From the NCBI RefSeq assembly GCF_009914755.1, contig NC_060936.1: DNA of 64,000 bases, one strand, 5' to 3'. The notes under the pieces are model-generated. The model was not told the DNA's origin. It was given only the letters and a program-made list of their open reading frames with translations, and did no database searches. The stretch is from the human T2T-CHM13v2.0 reference genome, Homo sapiens. Below, piece after piece: positions 1 to 18,514 of the stretch; positions within the stretch are counted from its first letter, which is position 1, and every line of letters starts with the position of its first letter. Both the position numbers and the translations under genes were made by a program.

Positions 1-442
1 CCACCCAACCTGTCTTGTGCTTAATATCAGAGTGGTGTAGTGGGTGGATGGTGGCAAGGGAGATATGTGCTTTTTCTTACTACTTTTGTCATTGTTCTAC
101 GTTTTTTTTTTTTTTTTAAAGCAGCCTTTCTTCCCTCTCCAAATATTTACATTTTCCTTAAATCCAGAATTTTAATTTGGGGTATCCCATATTTAGCTTT
201 GTAGCAGCTATCTTCACAATGTATACAAGGCAAGGAATTACCACATTTCATCTTTACAGAATTTAAGGCGCTAAACAACCTACGTGTAACTATTTTTGGT
301 GAAAGTTACATATAAAATGGATTACTGAAGGAGGCTCAACTCTTTGGAAACTCTTAAAATCAGGATGAGTGCTGATAATTTCTAATTAGATGGTTTGGGT
401 TAATTTTATCTAAAAGTACAGAGAAAGTTAAAATGTGTAATG

Positions 443-743
<301 letters not shown>

Positions 744-904
744 GTGTTTATATTGAACTAGTAGCTTATTGTTAGTAGAATGAATTCTAACCCGATTTCT
801 CACTTACGTGTGAAATATTTGGTTATTCATTTTCCATCTTTCAAGGAAGAGATAGAACATTATTGTAATTTTTAAAACTTATTTATTTTTTAAATTTTAT
901 TTTA

Positions 905-1345
905 TATATTTTTTTTCAGACAGAGTCTCACTGTATTACACAGGCTGGAGTGCAAGTGGCACAATCTTGGCTCACTGCAACCTCCGCCTCCCAGGCTTAA
1001 GTAATCCTCATCTCAGCCTCCCGAGTACATGCAGGCCATGTTCCTGGCTAATTTTTTTGTATTTTTTGTAGAGATGGGATTTCACCCATCTCTGTTGTCC
1101 AGGCTGGTCTCTAATTCCTGAGCTCAGGTGATCCACCCACTTCAGCCTCCGAAAGTGCTGGGATTATGGGCATGAGGCACCACGCCTGGCCTTACTTTTT
1201 ATTTTAGAGATGGAGTCTTGCTTATTGCCCAGGATGGAGTGCAGTAGTGTGCAGCAGAGCTTCTAACTCCTGGGCTCAAACGATCCTGCTGTCTCAGCCT
1301 CTGGAGTAACTAGTACTATAGGTGCTACTACACCACACCTGGCTA
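905..1345 (-). mobile_element. AluJ plus adjacent monomeric Alu-like fragment
   Basis: Reverse-complement Alu motifs; boundaries approximate. Confidence 0.85.
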
Positions 1346-1429
1346 AGAGAACGTTATTTTCAATGATAGTGTCTACCAACTCATAAAGATAGTCTTCCTC
1401 CACCCACATTTATTTCAATGGTCATAGAA

Positions 1430-1600
1430 AAAAAAATCAGACTACCTAGATTCAAATCCCAGCTCTACACTAGCTATGTGACTTTGCACATATCATTTAA
1501 TTTCTCTGTGCCTCAATTTCCTCATCTATAAAATGGGAATAACAGTCCTACCTCATAGGGTTGTTGTAAAAATTAAATAAGTTAATATCCATGAAGCATC
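1430..1600 (+). mobile_element. MIR SINE
   Basis: Core ttcaaatcccagctct...tctctgtgcctcaatttcctcatctataaaatgggaataacagt. Confidence 0.85.
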
Positions 1601-2271
1601 AGGCTCCGTTCTATTGTTATTTTCTAGTAGGAAATTAACAATAGATATTAGTTATTGTTATTGCATAGACTATTTATAGCTTAGCAGGTAATGAGTCCGC
1701 CAATCTGAATGCTCCAACCATGCATCTGCTGCATAATTTAAAAGTATTGCTAAAACCTGAAGCTGGGCAATTCAGGGAAGCATAAACAGTTATTTTGAAG
1801 TATTCACATAGATTTTTTAAAGTCAGGTAAGTTTTGGCTTTTCTATTAGAATATATGAGATCTTTTTTTAATACACCAGAGCTTTCCTCTATTTGTAATT
1901 TGTTTACATTTTTAATTTAAAGAAAGCCATTTAAAAATTTAGAAAGGAATTTTAAATGTTTGAAGTCTTCCAAACAGTGGTATGAGAAAAAAATTAAGGG
2001 TTGTCCTGTAATTTTTCATAATTTTTAGCCGTTTATAAAACCCTGGCTTCCTAGTTTCTTCTATCTGAAATAGCCCTTTATAATTATTATTATTATGTTG
2101 AAAGATCAATAATAAAAATTATGTACTACTGAAGATAAAGGGATTGTATTACTCTTTTAATAATTACTTATTTTTTAAATGAATTCTAACAAAAAGGTCC
2201 CTAAATGGGAGTTCTGACTCTGTCCCTAAAGTTATATAATCTTGAGTAAATCACTTAAAAATTTTGTGTTT

Positions 2272-3170
<899 letters not shown>

Positions 3171-3369
3171 TAATGAGCATTTTTCCCTATTGCAATCGCC
3201 TAAATAAAATCATCTCCTTAATTGTTCAGTACATTTTGTTTTTCACAATATTATTAAATTCCAAGGCTAAATTTCCAAAATGGGAGGTAAAGGAGGGAGG
3301 AGGGCTTGTTTGCTCTAAAAAATAAAAATATAAAAATTCAGGTTAAGGTTAACTTAGGAGGACACTTAC

Positions 3370-3775
3370 TATAATATAATTGTTCCATGAACTTTTTAAG
3401 TGCAGAAATATTGATGAGGTTGTGGAAATAACATACAAATGAAGTTCTGACTCCTTTTTCTCTAAATTTGAGTTGCTCTGTGAAGGGGAATCTAAGAGGG
3501 AATTTCCTAAGTAAAACTCATTTCCGTTCCCATTGCACTTGAAAGGAATTTCACTTATGGAGTTGTGATCTGGAAGTCCCTGGGGTTCTTTTGTGTTTGT
3601 TGTGCAAGATGGCTCGCTGACAGCCTTGCCAGTTGTTGGTGCAGACTGAGAGCTCCTCCTGGAGGGGGAAGGTAGGGGTCGAAAGGCACCTTGGCCATGA
3701 AGGGACAGCTTTTTGAGGCCTGGACGAGGACAGAGAGTTGAGTCCTTGGATGGTGTACTGCTCTCCTGCTGGTCC
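3370..3775 (-). CDS. C12orf56: C12orf56 internal coding exon (exon 4), 406 nt
   Basis: Acceptor cctgacag| and donor |gtaagt. Stop-free frame (R)DQQESSTPSKDSTLCPRPGLKKLSLHGQGAFRPLPSPSRRSS...ELHLYVISTTSSIFLHLKSSWNNYII. Phase matches the 15734-15806 exon. It has no in-frame ATG and the ORF track does not report this frame. Protein recognised from memory. Confidence 0.9.
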
Positions 3776-4194
3776 CTGTCAGGTAGAATTTAGTATTAAA
3801 CATGACATGCAAAATTTCACAGTAAGCAACAAAGAGAACCGGTAGTTTAAGACTGAACACAAATGTTTTCTCACAAAAGGAATGCTTGTTAAAACAAGGA
3901 AGTCATTGAACCTCGCTGGTAATAACCCATTGACTAGAGGAGATTTGATACTGCAATCTTTTAGTATACGTTTCTGTTTTCAGAAATAAACTGTATTTCG
4001 GAAATACATTTTATTTCACAGAATGAAGCACTGTATATATTGAAAGTATTGTGCCTGTCCTTCATGGAGCCCTGATATTTCCACTGAAAGGACTTTTTAA
4101 GTTTTGAAACTTGATTGTCCTTTAATTGTACATTGCTAATGGATCCTATAAAGAAAAAACAATTCAAATAGGGATATGAAGAGAGGGGTTTTGT

Positions 4195-5257
<1,063 letters not shown>

Positions 5258-5517
5258 TGAGATTTTTTAAATGATGTTTTCTTTAATTCCCCTCCTGCTA
5301 ATACTCTTCTGATTTTCCCAATAGCATCAGCACTTTTTTCAGAATCAATGCTGTGTCCTTTACTTTCCCTATTCTCTCCAGCTCACCATGACCTTTCTTT
5401 ACTTTGCTGCACAAGAAAACAAGTTGGAGAAACTAAGAAGTTGCAGAGTATGGTGAGACCTAAATTCCAATCCTGGCTCTGCCACTTAATGGTTATGTGA
5501 CCTTTGTTAAACAAAGT

Positions 5518-5874
5518 TGATGAGAGGCCATTGTTTTCAACTAGCCTCCTGCATGAGGCCCCAGCAGAACGGACCAAAACAGAAGGGAGTCCCTTGTGCT
5601 TAGTACCAGTAATCAAACTGAACTTGGAAACTGACCAGTTTTCCAGAAGAACAGATTCCACTCAACCTCAGTCAATAATGAAGTAGTGTCCTCTGTTTTA
5701 ACCCTATAAGAACAGTAACTTTGAAACAAGCAATCCAATTTGTGCCTCATTTCAGCTTACTTCAGCCTTTCTCTGCCTATAAAGTCAACCTCCTCTGCTC
5801 AGCTTTTCAGACCACTTCTCCCACTTCTAGAATCACAAATAAAACTAAATCTATGCTTATTTTGTCTTTTGACA
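5518..5874 (+). mobile_element. ERV1 (MER4-group) solo LTR inserted in a MIR
   Basis: TG...CA ends, TATAAA and AATAAA; MIR sequence continues on both sides. Subfamily not assigned. Confidence 0.6.
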
Positions 5875-6153
5875 TCTTAGTGGACCTAGGACTTCATTTC
5901 CTAATTTTAAAATAGAAACAATAATAGTACCCATCTCATAAGGTTTATGTGAGGATACATGCAATGAGTTTGCAAAACTGGAAACAATATGTGCAAGCTA
6001 TTACTATTACCCTATATTGCCTTCAGTTGATGGTTTATCTTTTTTTTTATTTCAATAATTTTGAGGGGAAGTTTATCCTTTTACATTAAGTTATCTTCTC
6101 TCTCCCATAAGATTAGAACCTCCACGATAGTGGAAAACTACTTTGTTTTGTAG

Positions 6154-6297
<144 letters not shown>

Positions 6298-6300
6298 TAA

Positions 6301-6444
<144 letters not shown>

Positions 6445-6619
6445 TAAGTGGAATGTTTAACTCATTTATTTTTTTAAACTCTCTTATTTCTTGGTGAATA
6501 CAGTAAAAGCTGTAAATACAGCTTTAGAGCAGACCTCTAAAGTCTGCTTTAGCTCAGTTGCATGCACTTTGGTATGTATTGGCATTAAGTTCTAAGTATC
6601 TTTTAATTTCCTTTATTAT

Positions 6620-7395
<776 letters not shown>

Positions 7396-8489
7396 TGAGG
7401 CCCAGGAGTTCAAGACCAACCTGGCCAATATAGCGAGGCCCCATTTCTGATAACAACATCCTTCTTGTGGCCTGCAGCTTCTCATCATTAGGCCCAAAAC
7501 ATGGCACCTAGGAGGTGTTTCAAATCTCTGTACATGATAACATCCTTTAGTCCTCTACTTAGTGTTTTCTATCCCACCCTGCCTTTTGTTTAGGCTTCTA
7601 ACTCAAATGTTTAATTATGGAGATGACAGTGCTAAAAAACTATGGGACAGTAGACCCAGCTCCCTCTTCACCCTCCTTTTTTTGGAAACTACTCCTCTCC
7701 TCTACAAACAGAGCACACAGAAGCTGCCATGTTTTTAAAGACCCTGATTTGTCGGCTGTGGTGAATATTTTTCAGCAGTGTGTCATTTATTCAAGCTGGG
7801 CAATCAGAGACTTTCTTCAGGATTTAAAAATTCAATACAAGTAAGTGTGTGAGTTAGCCTTTGTCTGGTGGTGGAAGCTGTAAAATGTGAATTTAAGACA
7901 GTCAGTGACTGGTGTGCTGCCCCATGGAGGATGTGGTGTTCAGGGAGAGAAGATGCAATTGACACACAAACATCAGAGAAGGAGACAGGGACTGAGTCCT
8001 GGGACACTCAAGCCCCCAGTTCCAGCTGTGTCTAAATTCCGTTCTTACCATTCCTACGTTCCCAGGATTCCATTTCTAAGCTTTACTGAGTTTGCTCACC
8101 ATTGTATTCATACATTTAAAATAGAACACAGAGCCCAGCAATTCGAATATGCCAGATTAGACTGACAGAGAGATCTCTGTCTGTATCTATATCTTTATAT
8201 ATTTCCATTTCTAAATATATCTGTTGAATGAATACTGAATTTCATGAGTTGACGCAGTAATTCCAATAAATTCCCTTTTTAAACCTAAAATGCATTTCTG
8301 TCACTTTTAACAGAGTTTTAACCTCCACAGTAACCTAAAACAACTACTGCAAACATTTCCTTTTTTTTTTTTTGCCAAGACAGGGTCTTACTCTGTCACC
8401 CAGGCTGGAATGCAGTGGTGTGAGTAGCTTGGACTAGAGGGACATGCCACAAGCCCAGCTAATTTTTGCTTTTTTGTTTGTTTGTTTAA

Positions 8490-8711
<222 letters not shown>

Positions 8712-8979
8712 TGACTATGGGAGCATGTGGATGCCTATTCCTAGAACTGCCCCTCCTTCAATCCTTCCAATTACAAAGACCATGTTAAGAATTTCACTCA
8801 GTGCCCTGCTACAAGGCAGAGCCCTCCCCGCAGAAGCTCATAAGTCACATTCTTCAGGGCAATAATGGAAATACATAAACTCTGTCCAAACATGGTTTAT
8901 TATTACATGGATTTAGAGCAAATCACACTCCCACAAGCCAATATTATGCAAGCCAGGCTAGGTTGTAAAGAATATGATT

Positions 8980-9680
8980 ATTCATTCAACAAATATTAAG
9001 CACCTAGTATGTACCAAGCACTGGGCCAACACTAGAAATATATCAGTGCACAAGAATATCTAGGTCCCAGCTCTCATGGAGCTTGCATTCTAGTGGGAAG
9101 ACAGACAATAAGCAATGAACATGTAGTTATAACTTACAAAAGTGCAATTGAAATCAACAAAGCAGTCTGATAAAGAAAACTTGTGTGTGTTTGTTGACGG
9201 GTGGCATACTTCAAACTAGGTGATCAAGCAAGAACTCTCTGGGATGAGGACATTTAAGCTAAGATCTGAAGGATGAGAAAGAGTGAGCCATGTGAAAAGC
9301 AATGTTAAGAGGGGTAAGAAGTTCAAAGGTCTGAGCTGGAAAGAGTTTGCAGTGCTCCAACTATTGAGATGAACAAGAGAAGTAAGAGGTGAAGCTGGAG
9401 CGGTAGGCAACGGCCAGTTCTTGCTGGGATGTCTAGACGTGGTAAAAGGTTTATCTGCTGTGCAATGGAATACCACTGAAAGGTTTTAAGCAAGAAAGGG
9501 ACATTTGGAAAGTATCATTTTGGCTTTAAGGTGGATAATGGATTCAGGCAGAGGCAGACAGGTACTGAGAATGGAGGTGGAGAGTGTAGTAGAGGTGTTG
9601 CAGAAGTGATGAGAGGTGATAGTGGAGTTTTGGCAGTGGAGATAGAAGTTGATGGGTGAGTTAGAGACATATTATGAACT
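8980..9680 (-). mobile_element. L2 LINE fragment
   Basis: attcattcaacaaatattaagcacctagtatgtaccaagcactg terminus typical of the L2 3' end, followed by a purine-rich body. Confidence 0.75.
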
Positions 9681-10160
9681 CAGGAGTTCCAATAATCCAG
9701 GGGAAGATTGATGTCATTGTAGATTATTTAGGCCAGCAATTCTCAAACCTTGGTAGCTAGCTAACAGAATCATCTAGGTAGCTACCAAAAACAGACAACT
9801 GAACACTGTCCCTAAAGCTGAGGATTCCATAGCCTGGAGTAGAGCCTAGGAGTCTGTACTCTCCACGAGCCCTTGGGAGATTCTTATACATGACCAAGAT
9901 TGAAATAAACATGGACTTTTGCCATTATTCCAGGTCAGCTTTATTTCCACACCCCAGAAGATCTAGGCTAAGTCCTCACATTTCCCAGTCAGCATGTGTT
10001 AAGAGTGTAGACTAATCTCAAAGCAGTAACACCACATTAAGCAGCAGCAGTGGAGCTGGGCATGCCTGTAATCCCAGCTACCTAGGAGGTCGAGGCTTTA
10101 GTGAGCCATAATCACACCACTGTACTTGGCCCAGGCAGCAGAGCAAGACCCTGTCTAAAA

Positions 10161-10192
<32 letters not shown>

Positions 10193-11628
10193 GAAGCAGC
10201 AGCAATGAGTGTCCCAGATTCTAACTTTCTGATAAGTAAATTCAAGCCCCTACAGTCTATTTAACTTTACACCGAAGGACTACTGGGGGAAAATGAGATC
10301 TCATATTCAATTGACTTCTCTAAAAGTGTGTGGTTTTATCTTTTTGTAAAAGGCAGAATAGTACACATACATGAATCTTTGATAATCTAGGTCCTTCTGA
10401 GCTTCGGGATTATCTTCATTAATATAGTGTGGAACTGAAATTGATGAGTTGGCCTGAAACAGCAGGCTCCCAAAGGCAGAAGCCAAAAGAAGGGGAGACT
10501 TGAGTACCCCACCTCCCTAGCATCTCCAATAGTCTTCCCCTGAGTGAGCCACCACAAATAAATATCTATGCCACATAAAAACAATGTATCTGTGCCTGCT
10601 AAGGAAAAAAGAGTTTCAATCTACCCCACATAAACATACAGTCTAGGTAAATGAATTCCCTAATCTCCCCTATTGCTGCCCCAAAGATCTTTTTTATAGA
10701 AATTCCAGGACCATCACTGACTCCAGGAAGGATCTAACACCAGTCCAAATCCTCTTCTATATATATGGGTATAAACCTAAAATTCTACTAGTTTTTTTCT
10801 GCCTCTAGCCAAGATGGAGTAATAGGGACCATATATACCCTTCTACCTGAAACAACCAAAAATTGGACAAAATATATGCAAAAATAGATTTCAAGACACT
10901 AGACACCAGGCAATAAAAGACAATGAGCCCTGGTAGATGGGAAATAATCAAGGTGAGACCTAATGATTGTCCCAGTTTACTGCCTTGAAAAAGTCTCCAG
11001 GGCACAGGGTAGAGAGGAGGGGGGTGGTACATACTGATTGTGGTAATGGTTTCATGGGGAGATATATATGATAAAACATACATGCACAGTTTATTGTGTG
11101 TCAATCATACCTCAGTAAAGCTGTTACAACAAAATTCTACAAATAGAACTTCTTTCCTGGAGCTGCTGGCTTTCATGCCTGCTAAAATGGAAATCCCACC
11201 AAAGGAATAACCATTTTAAATCTGTATTATTAAATTATCACAATGTTCTGGGCACAGTGGCTCACGCCTATAATCCCAGTACTTGGGACCACCGCCAGCC
11301 GAGGTGAGTGGATTACAAGACTGGGAGTTCGAGACCAGCCTGACAAACATGGTGAAACCCCGTCCCTACTAAAAATACAAAAAAATTAGCTGGGTGTGGT
11401 GGCGGGTACCTGCAATCTCAGTTACTCAGGAGGCTAAGGCAGAAGAATCGCTTAGGGAACCCAGGAGGCGGAGGTTGCAGTGAGCCAAGATTGAGCCACT
11501 GCACTCCAGCCTGGGCGACGGAGCTAGACTCTGTCTCAAAAAAAAAAAGAAAGAAAGAAATTGTCACAATGTGGTATCAGTAAAAACCCAAACATAAAAT
11601 TTAGAGGAAGAACAAGGATACTTGCTAG

Positions 11629-12053
11629 GTGGTATGGTTTGAATATTTGTCCCCTCCAAAACTTACATTGAAATTTAATCCCCAGTATGGCAGTATTGAG
11701 TGGTGAGACCTTTAAGAGGTGACTGGGTAGTGAGGGCTCTGCCCTCATAAATGGATTAATCAATTCATGGATAAGTGGGTTAATATGTTAATGTGTTATC
11801 ATGGGATTGGAACTGGCTTTATAAGAAGAGGAAGACAGACTTGAGCTTGCATGCCCAGTGCTCTTGCCATGTGATGTCCTGCACAGCCTAGGAACTCCGC
11901 TGAGTGTCCCCACCAGCAAGAACGCTCTCAGCAGATACAACTCCTTGACCTTGGCCTTCTCAGCCTCCATAACTATAAGAAATACATTTTTTTCCTTATA
12001 AATTAGCCAGTTTCAGGTATTCTGTGATATGCAACAGAAAACAGACTGAGATA
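11629..12053 (+). mobile_element. MaLR LTR (MSTD-like)
   Basis: tggtatggtttgaatatttgtcccctccaaaac...gcaacagaaaacagactgagata. Confidence 0.8.
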
Positions 12054-13194
12054 CCAGGGAAGGCTAGAGAGAGGACAGCACAGAGAAGGGAGAAAGAGCA
12101 CAGAATGGGAGAAATGGAAACAAATCTTGACCATTTGACAAGTGTGTTGAGAGCTGGAAGTAGCCAGGATAGTTCCATGAAAATGCATGGTAACCATGGC
12201 TCATATTTACCTATGTAACAAATCTGCACGTCCTGTATATGTATCTCAGAACTAAACATAAATAAAATAAAATTTTTAAAAAAGAAAATGTGTAGTGGTG
12301 TTTCTTAGTTGCCACAATAAATGGGGAGCATTATTGGCACTTAGTGGACAAAAGCCAGGGAAGATGAAGTTTCACAATGTGTGGCCCCATTCTGCACAAG
12401 TACAAATGGTACCACACAAATGCCAGTAGCACCCCTTGAGAAATCTGGTGAAAGGAATTTAGCTACACAGGCTGTTGGTTCCTTCTCCAATGCCAGCATT
12501 TTAAAGGGGTCTCAATGCGCATTTTAAGCTATGGTTTGCCATGCTAAATAGAACACATTAGACAATTCTGTCTTAGTTTTTTTGATGTTTGGCTTCAAAT
12601 GTAATCAAAACCTCCAAAGCCTTGAGAACTCTGACAGGAACACATGAACTCCTTAACCTTGAACTTACTTAAGCACCTTTAAGAATATTAGGTACTGCAG
12701 CCATTGTCCAACAATTTTCTTATCCAGAATAATTGGCCTTAAGGTTAAAATTCTACAAAGCAAGTTGGTAATGTGTTTAGGAAAAATAAACTTCCTAAGC
12801 CATTTTTTTTTTGGCAAGAAAGAAAGTTATAATAATAATGAAATTTAGGTTTGGAAGAGACCTCATAGGTCCTCTTGTTCAAACTGTGAGAGAGGGTGAG
12901 AATGACAGAAAGTGCAGTGAGAAAAGGCCCCTCCCCAGCAAGCTAAGCAACACAGCATGGGCCACCATGGGTTTGTGAATATCCCCAGTTAGGATTTCAC
13001 TTTTTCCGAACAGCATTTTGCAATGCTTTTCTAATCTGGATATTTCCCCTTGCTATGACCTGTCTTTCTAGGATCCAATTCATATTAATTTTCCCTATGC
13101 CTCTATATCCCTTGAGTGGCAGCTCCCAGAATCCTACACTCCCCTCTTCCTTCTAATATCTAAATAGAGAAAGTGTGTAACAGTATCACACTTT

Positions 13195-13870
<676 letters not shown>

Positions 13871-14268
13871 TTAAATTTACCCAGACTTCTTTCCCACCTT
13901 CCAGACTGAAATTTCAACTGTCAGATGAACTTATACACCAGATAAGCCCACTAGAACCTCAAGCTTAACCTATTTAAACCAGTACTTGAGCGTGATCCCT
14001 TCTGACATCCTTATTTGTTTGAAGGGCATCGCTATTCAGTCACCCCAGCTGGAAACCACGTAGTTTCTCTTTCCAGCTCTCCTATTTCAATTAAATGTTA
14101 GTATTGTGGATTCTGCCTATGAAATATCTCTTCCATCCGTCCCTTTTTCTTTATTTTTGCTATCACTACCCCAGTTCACATTCTAATGACTTTCCACCAA
14201 TCTCAGGTCTTTCCCTACTTCAATCCATTTTAAGCACAATCGTCGGATTATTTTTCTGTAGTAATGGT

Positions 14269-14270
<2 letters not shown>

Positions 14271-14303
<33 letters not shown>

Positions 14304-14963
14304 TTTTTTATTATTACACTTTAAGTTTTAGGGTACATGTGCACATTGTGCAGGTTAGTTACATATGTATACATGTGCCATGCTGGTGCGCTGCACCCAC
14401 TAACTCGTCATCTAGCATTAGGTATATCTCCCAATGCTATCCCTCCCCCCTCCCCCCACCCCACAACAGTCCCCAGAGTGTGATGTTCCCCTTCCTGTGT
14501 CCATGTGATCTCATTGTTCAATTCCCACCTATGAGTGAGAATATGCCGTGTTTGGTTTTTTGTTCTTGTGATAGTTTACTGAGAATGATGATTTCCAATT
14601 TCATCCATGTCCCTATAAAGGACATGAACTCATCATTTTTTATGGCTGCATAGTATTCCATGGTGTATATGTGCCACATTTTCTTAATCCAGTCTATCAT
14701 TGTTGGACATTTGGGTTGGTTCCAAGTCTTTGCTATCGTGAATAATGCTGCAATAAACATACGTGTGCATGTGTCTTTATAGCAACATGATTTGTAGTCC
14801 TTTGGGTATATACCCAGTAATGGGATGGCTGGGTCAAATGGTATTTCCAGTTCTAGATCCCTGAGGACTCGCCACACTGACTTCCACAATGGTTGAACTA
14901 GTTTACGTTCCACCAACAGTGTAAAAGTGTTCCTATTTCTCCACATCCTCTCCAGCACCTGTT
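14271..14963 (-). mobile_element. 5'-truncated young L1 (L1PA2-like) 3' end
   Basis: ORF2 C-terminus (ORF 14518..14958), 3' UTR with the GAG diagnostic (not Ta ACA), (TAAA)n tail, TSD gtaatggttt at 14261-14270 and 14964-14973. Confidence 0.92.
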
Positions 14964-15733
14964 GTAATGGTTTCTATATCATTCTCATGGCCAAAACTTT
15001 CCATAGTTTTTTCATATCCTGTGAAATGAAATGTAAAGTCTTCATCTGGACTTTTAAGACCCTCCAAAGTGTAGGATCCATTTCACTTTCAGGTCCTATT
15101 TTCAATCCCATGGGGCTAACTAACACATGTTCCATTTCTTTTCTGCCTGGATCTCCTCTCCCACTATTCCTCCAACTGCAGTGTCCCCATCTCCAGGCGC
15201 CCTATTCCTTTACCAACTGTCACCAGGCATCTTGACTTCTCCCCACAACTGAATATCATCTGTCCCCTCTTTAAATCTCTTTGAAAATTGCTCAGACTCA
15301 TTCAGGACACTTAGCATGTGGACTATGTATTTTCTTAATTTGTGCAAATGCTGTATATCTTAGTTAGAATCAGCTTCTCAAGGACAGAATTTATGAGTAC
15401 TCATCTTTGTATCCATCATAGGGCCTAACATAGTGCCCTACACAGAACCAGAGCTCAACAGATGTCTTTGAATTTAATTTTAATGAATTATTTATCTATA
15501 TTGTGACATCTATATGTTCAGTAATATATAGAAAATTAGAAAAACTATACTATTTAACTGATTTGAATTGAGAAAAAGTTCTCTCAAAAATACTTTCTTC
15601 CTTATTGCATATGTAAGATTAATAGAACTCAGTCCAAAGCCATTAGTAGAGAAAAAAAATTAAGAAAAACAAGTTACAATGTAAAAATGTTTTGGTTAGC
15701 AAGTTAAACACATACTCCAAACAACAATCTCAC

Positions 15734-15806
15734 CTGAGAGGAGATTCTTTCAGACTTCTGGACTCTTTGCTTCTCCAAAAGGCAAGGCCGTTCTTTTCTT
15801 CCTTGA
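15734..15806 (-). CDS. C12orf56: C12orf56 internal coding exon (exon 3), 73 nt
   Basis: Poly-T acceptor ...tttttaag| and donor |gtgaga. Encodes (V)KEEKNGLAFWRSKESRSLKESPL(R). Phase 1 in and phase 2 out, matching both neighbouring exons. Confidence 0.9.
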
Positions 15807-16033
15807 CTTAAAAAAAAAATAGTTATTTGGTCATTAATTAAATAATTTGATTGAAATTATGAAGAAGACCTAGTCTCATGTACTGATTAAATGACTGTTC
15901 ATAAATCCTCACAAAAATTGTAAGTCCAAAATTGTAAGCTGGGTAGCACGATGGAGCAAAAAGAACTTTGACTTTGACATGAACATGTCCTCGGCCAAGC
16001 ACGGTGGCTCACACCTGTAATCCCAACATTTTA

Positions 16034-16630
<597 letters not shown>

Positions 16631-18298
16631 GTGGTCCGCTGTTATTCTGTCTTTCCAGCCTCTCCCTTTTTTGAAGAATTGCTCTCTTCCTATAGTTACC
16701 ATGAGGGTTCTTATCCTTAAATAAAAAAAAAAAAAAGAAGGAAAAAAAGACTTTGCTCCTTCCATGAAATGAATGATGCTTAAGTTTTAGTGCCCCTGGC
16801 CAGGTGCGGTGACTCACACTTGTAATTACAGCAGTTTGGGAGGCTGAAGCAGACGGATCACTGGAGGCCAGGAGTTCGAGACCAGCCTGGCCAACATGGT
16901 GAAACCCAGTTTCTACTAAAAACACAAAAATAGCTAGGCGCGGTAGGGTGGGCCTGTAGTCCCAGCTACTCAGGAGGCTGAGGCAGGAGAATCTCTTGAA
17001 CTAGGAGAGAGAGGTTGCAGTGACCCAAGATTGTACCACTGCACTTCAGCCTGGGTGAAAGAGCGAGACTCCATCTCAAAAAAAAAAAAAAAAAAAAAGT
17101 TTCAGCCCCGCTCAGTGCATGAGTTCCTTCCAAAGTCTTAGGAGAGACCCTAAAAATGTGTTCACATGGCCAAATGTTTTTATAAGAATTGCAAAGAGAA
17201 TAATCCACCTCTTCAACCACAATAATTTAAGAGCACAGGGTCTTCTTCCCACTTCAATTTTTCTTCTGTCTCACTTCCTCTCTTGAGAGTGGCTGTAGGC
17301 ACTTTGTATTTGTGATTTCTTCTGTCCTGATTTCTTTGGAGTGCTGCGGGCATTGTATTTGTACAGTGTAAGACAGACGTCTTAGTTATTTCAAGGGGGG
17401 GCTCTCCAAATTGTATGAGTTTCGGTCCCCATAAAACCTAGATCCGCTCCTGCCCTAGCCACAGCTGATGGGTCTAGAGGTGGACTGCTGACCCAGTCTG
17501 GGCCAATCAATGTCTTGCCCTGGATTTGTGACATTTGTTCTTGAGAGACAGGGCTAGAAGTCTTTGGAGCGGGCTGGACCCTAGGAGGAGGTCCTAGCCA
17601 AGCTGCTTAGACCCCAGAACAGGCACCTGGGCTCCTGGTCTTTCACTATTTGGCCCTTTTGCTTCCCTTTTGATTCCCTAGGAGACTCCAAAATCTTCCA
17701 ACAAATTCCCCTTGACATTAAGATAGGCAGAATCAGTTTTTTCTATTTGGAATTTAAGAAACTTTAAGACCCCAATCATCACAATCAGTTGTAAAAGTAG
17801 GCATTTCACAAATAATGGTACAAAATGTGATGCAAATAATGCCTTTGTATATTGCTGGAATTAGGTGGAAGCACTTATGACTCATCAATCAGACAGGTTT
17901 GAGCCCATCTCCTGCTTCAGATCACAGATTACAGAATGTCTAGGAGGTAAACCACTTGGTCCTGGTGATACAGCAATACCAACCCAAGGAGCAAGCAGCT
18001 TGGAAGAAAACAGGAAAAATAGAGCACATCACTGCTGGCATGCTGGAAAGGAGGACGAGATTACCGAGGCTTATTTGTTAGGATGTTAGTGTTACTTGCA
18101 CAATCATCCTGTAACAGTCTTAAGTTGTCTGTTAAACCTCATTCCATCCAAATTCACTAACCAAACTTGAATTCTCTCTTTTTTGTACGAAGTCATTAAA
18201 AAGTTGGAAAAAAAAAAACAACTTTAGTGTTCACGTCCCTGCCTCTTTCTATGTTAGCTTTATTTTATTTATTTTTATTTATTTTTTTATTTTTTTGA

Positions 18299-18514
<216 letters not shown>

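Noticed and set aside
3555-3860. 101-aa minus-strand ORF
   Set aside because: Alternative frame over the real C12orf56 exon; the spliced frame is different.
7617-7846. Plus-strand 75-aa ORF ending at a GTAAGT donor-like site
   Set aside because: No recognisable homology, acceptor or promoter; compatible with chance.
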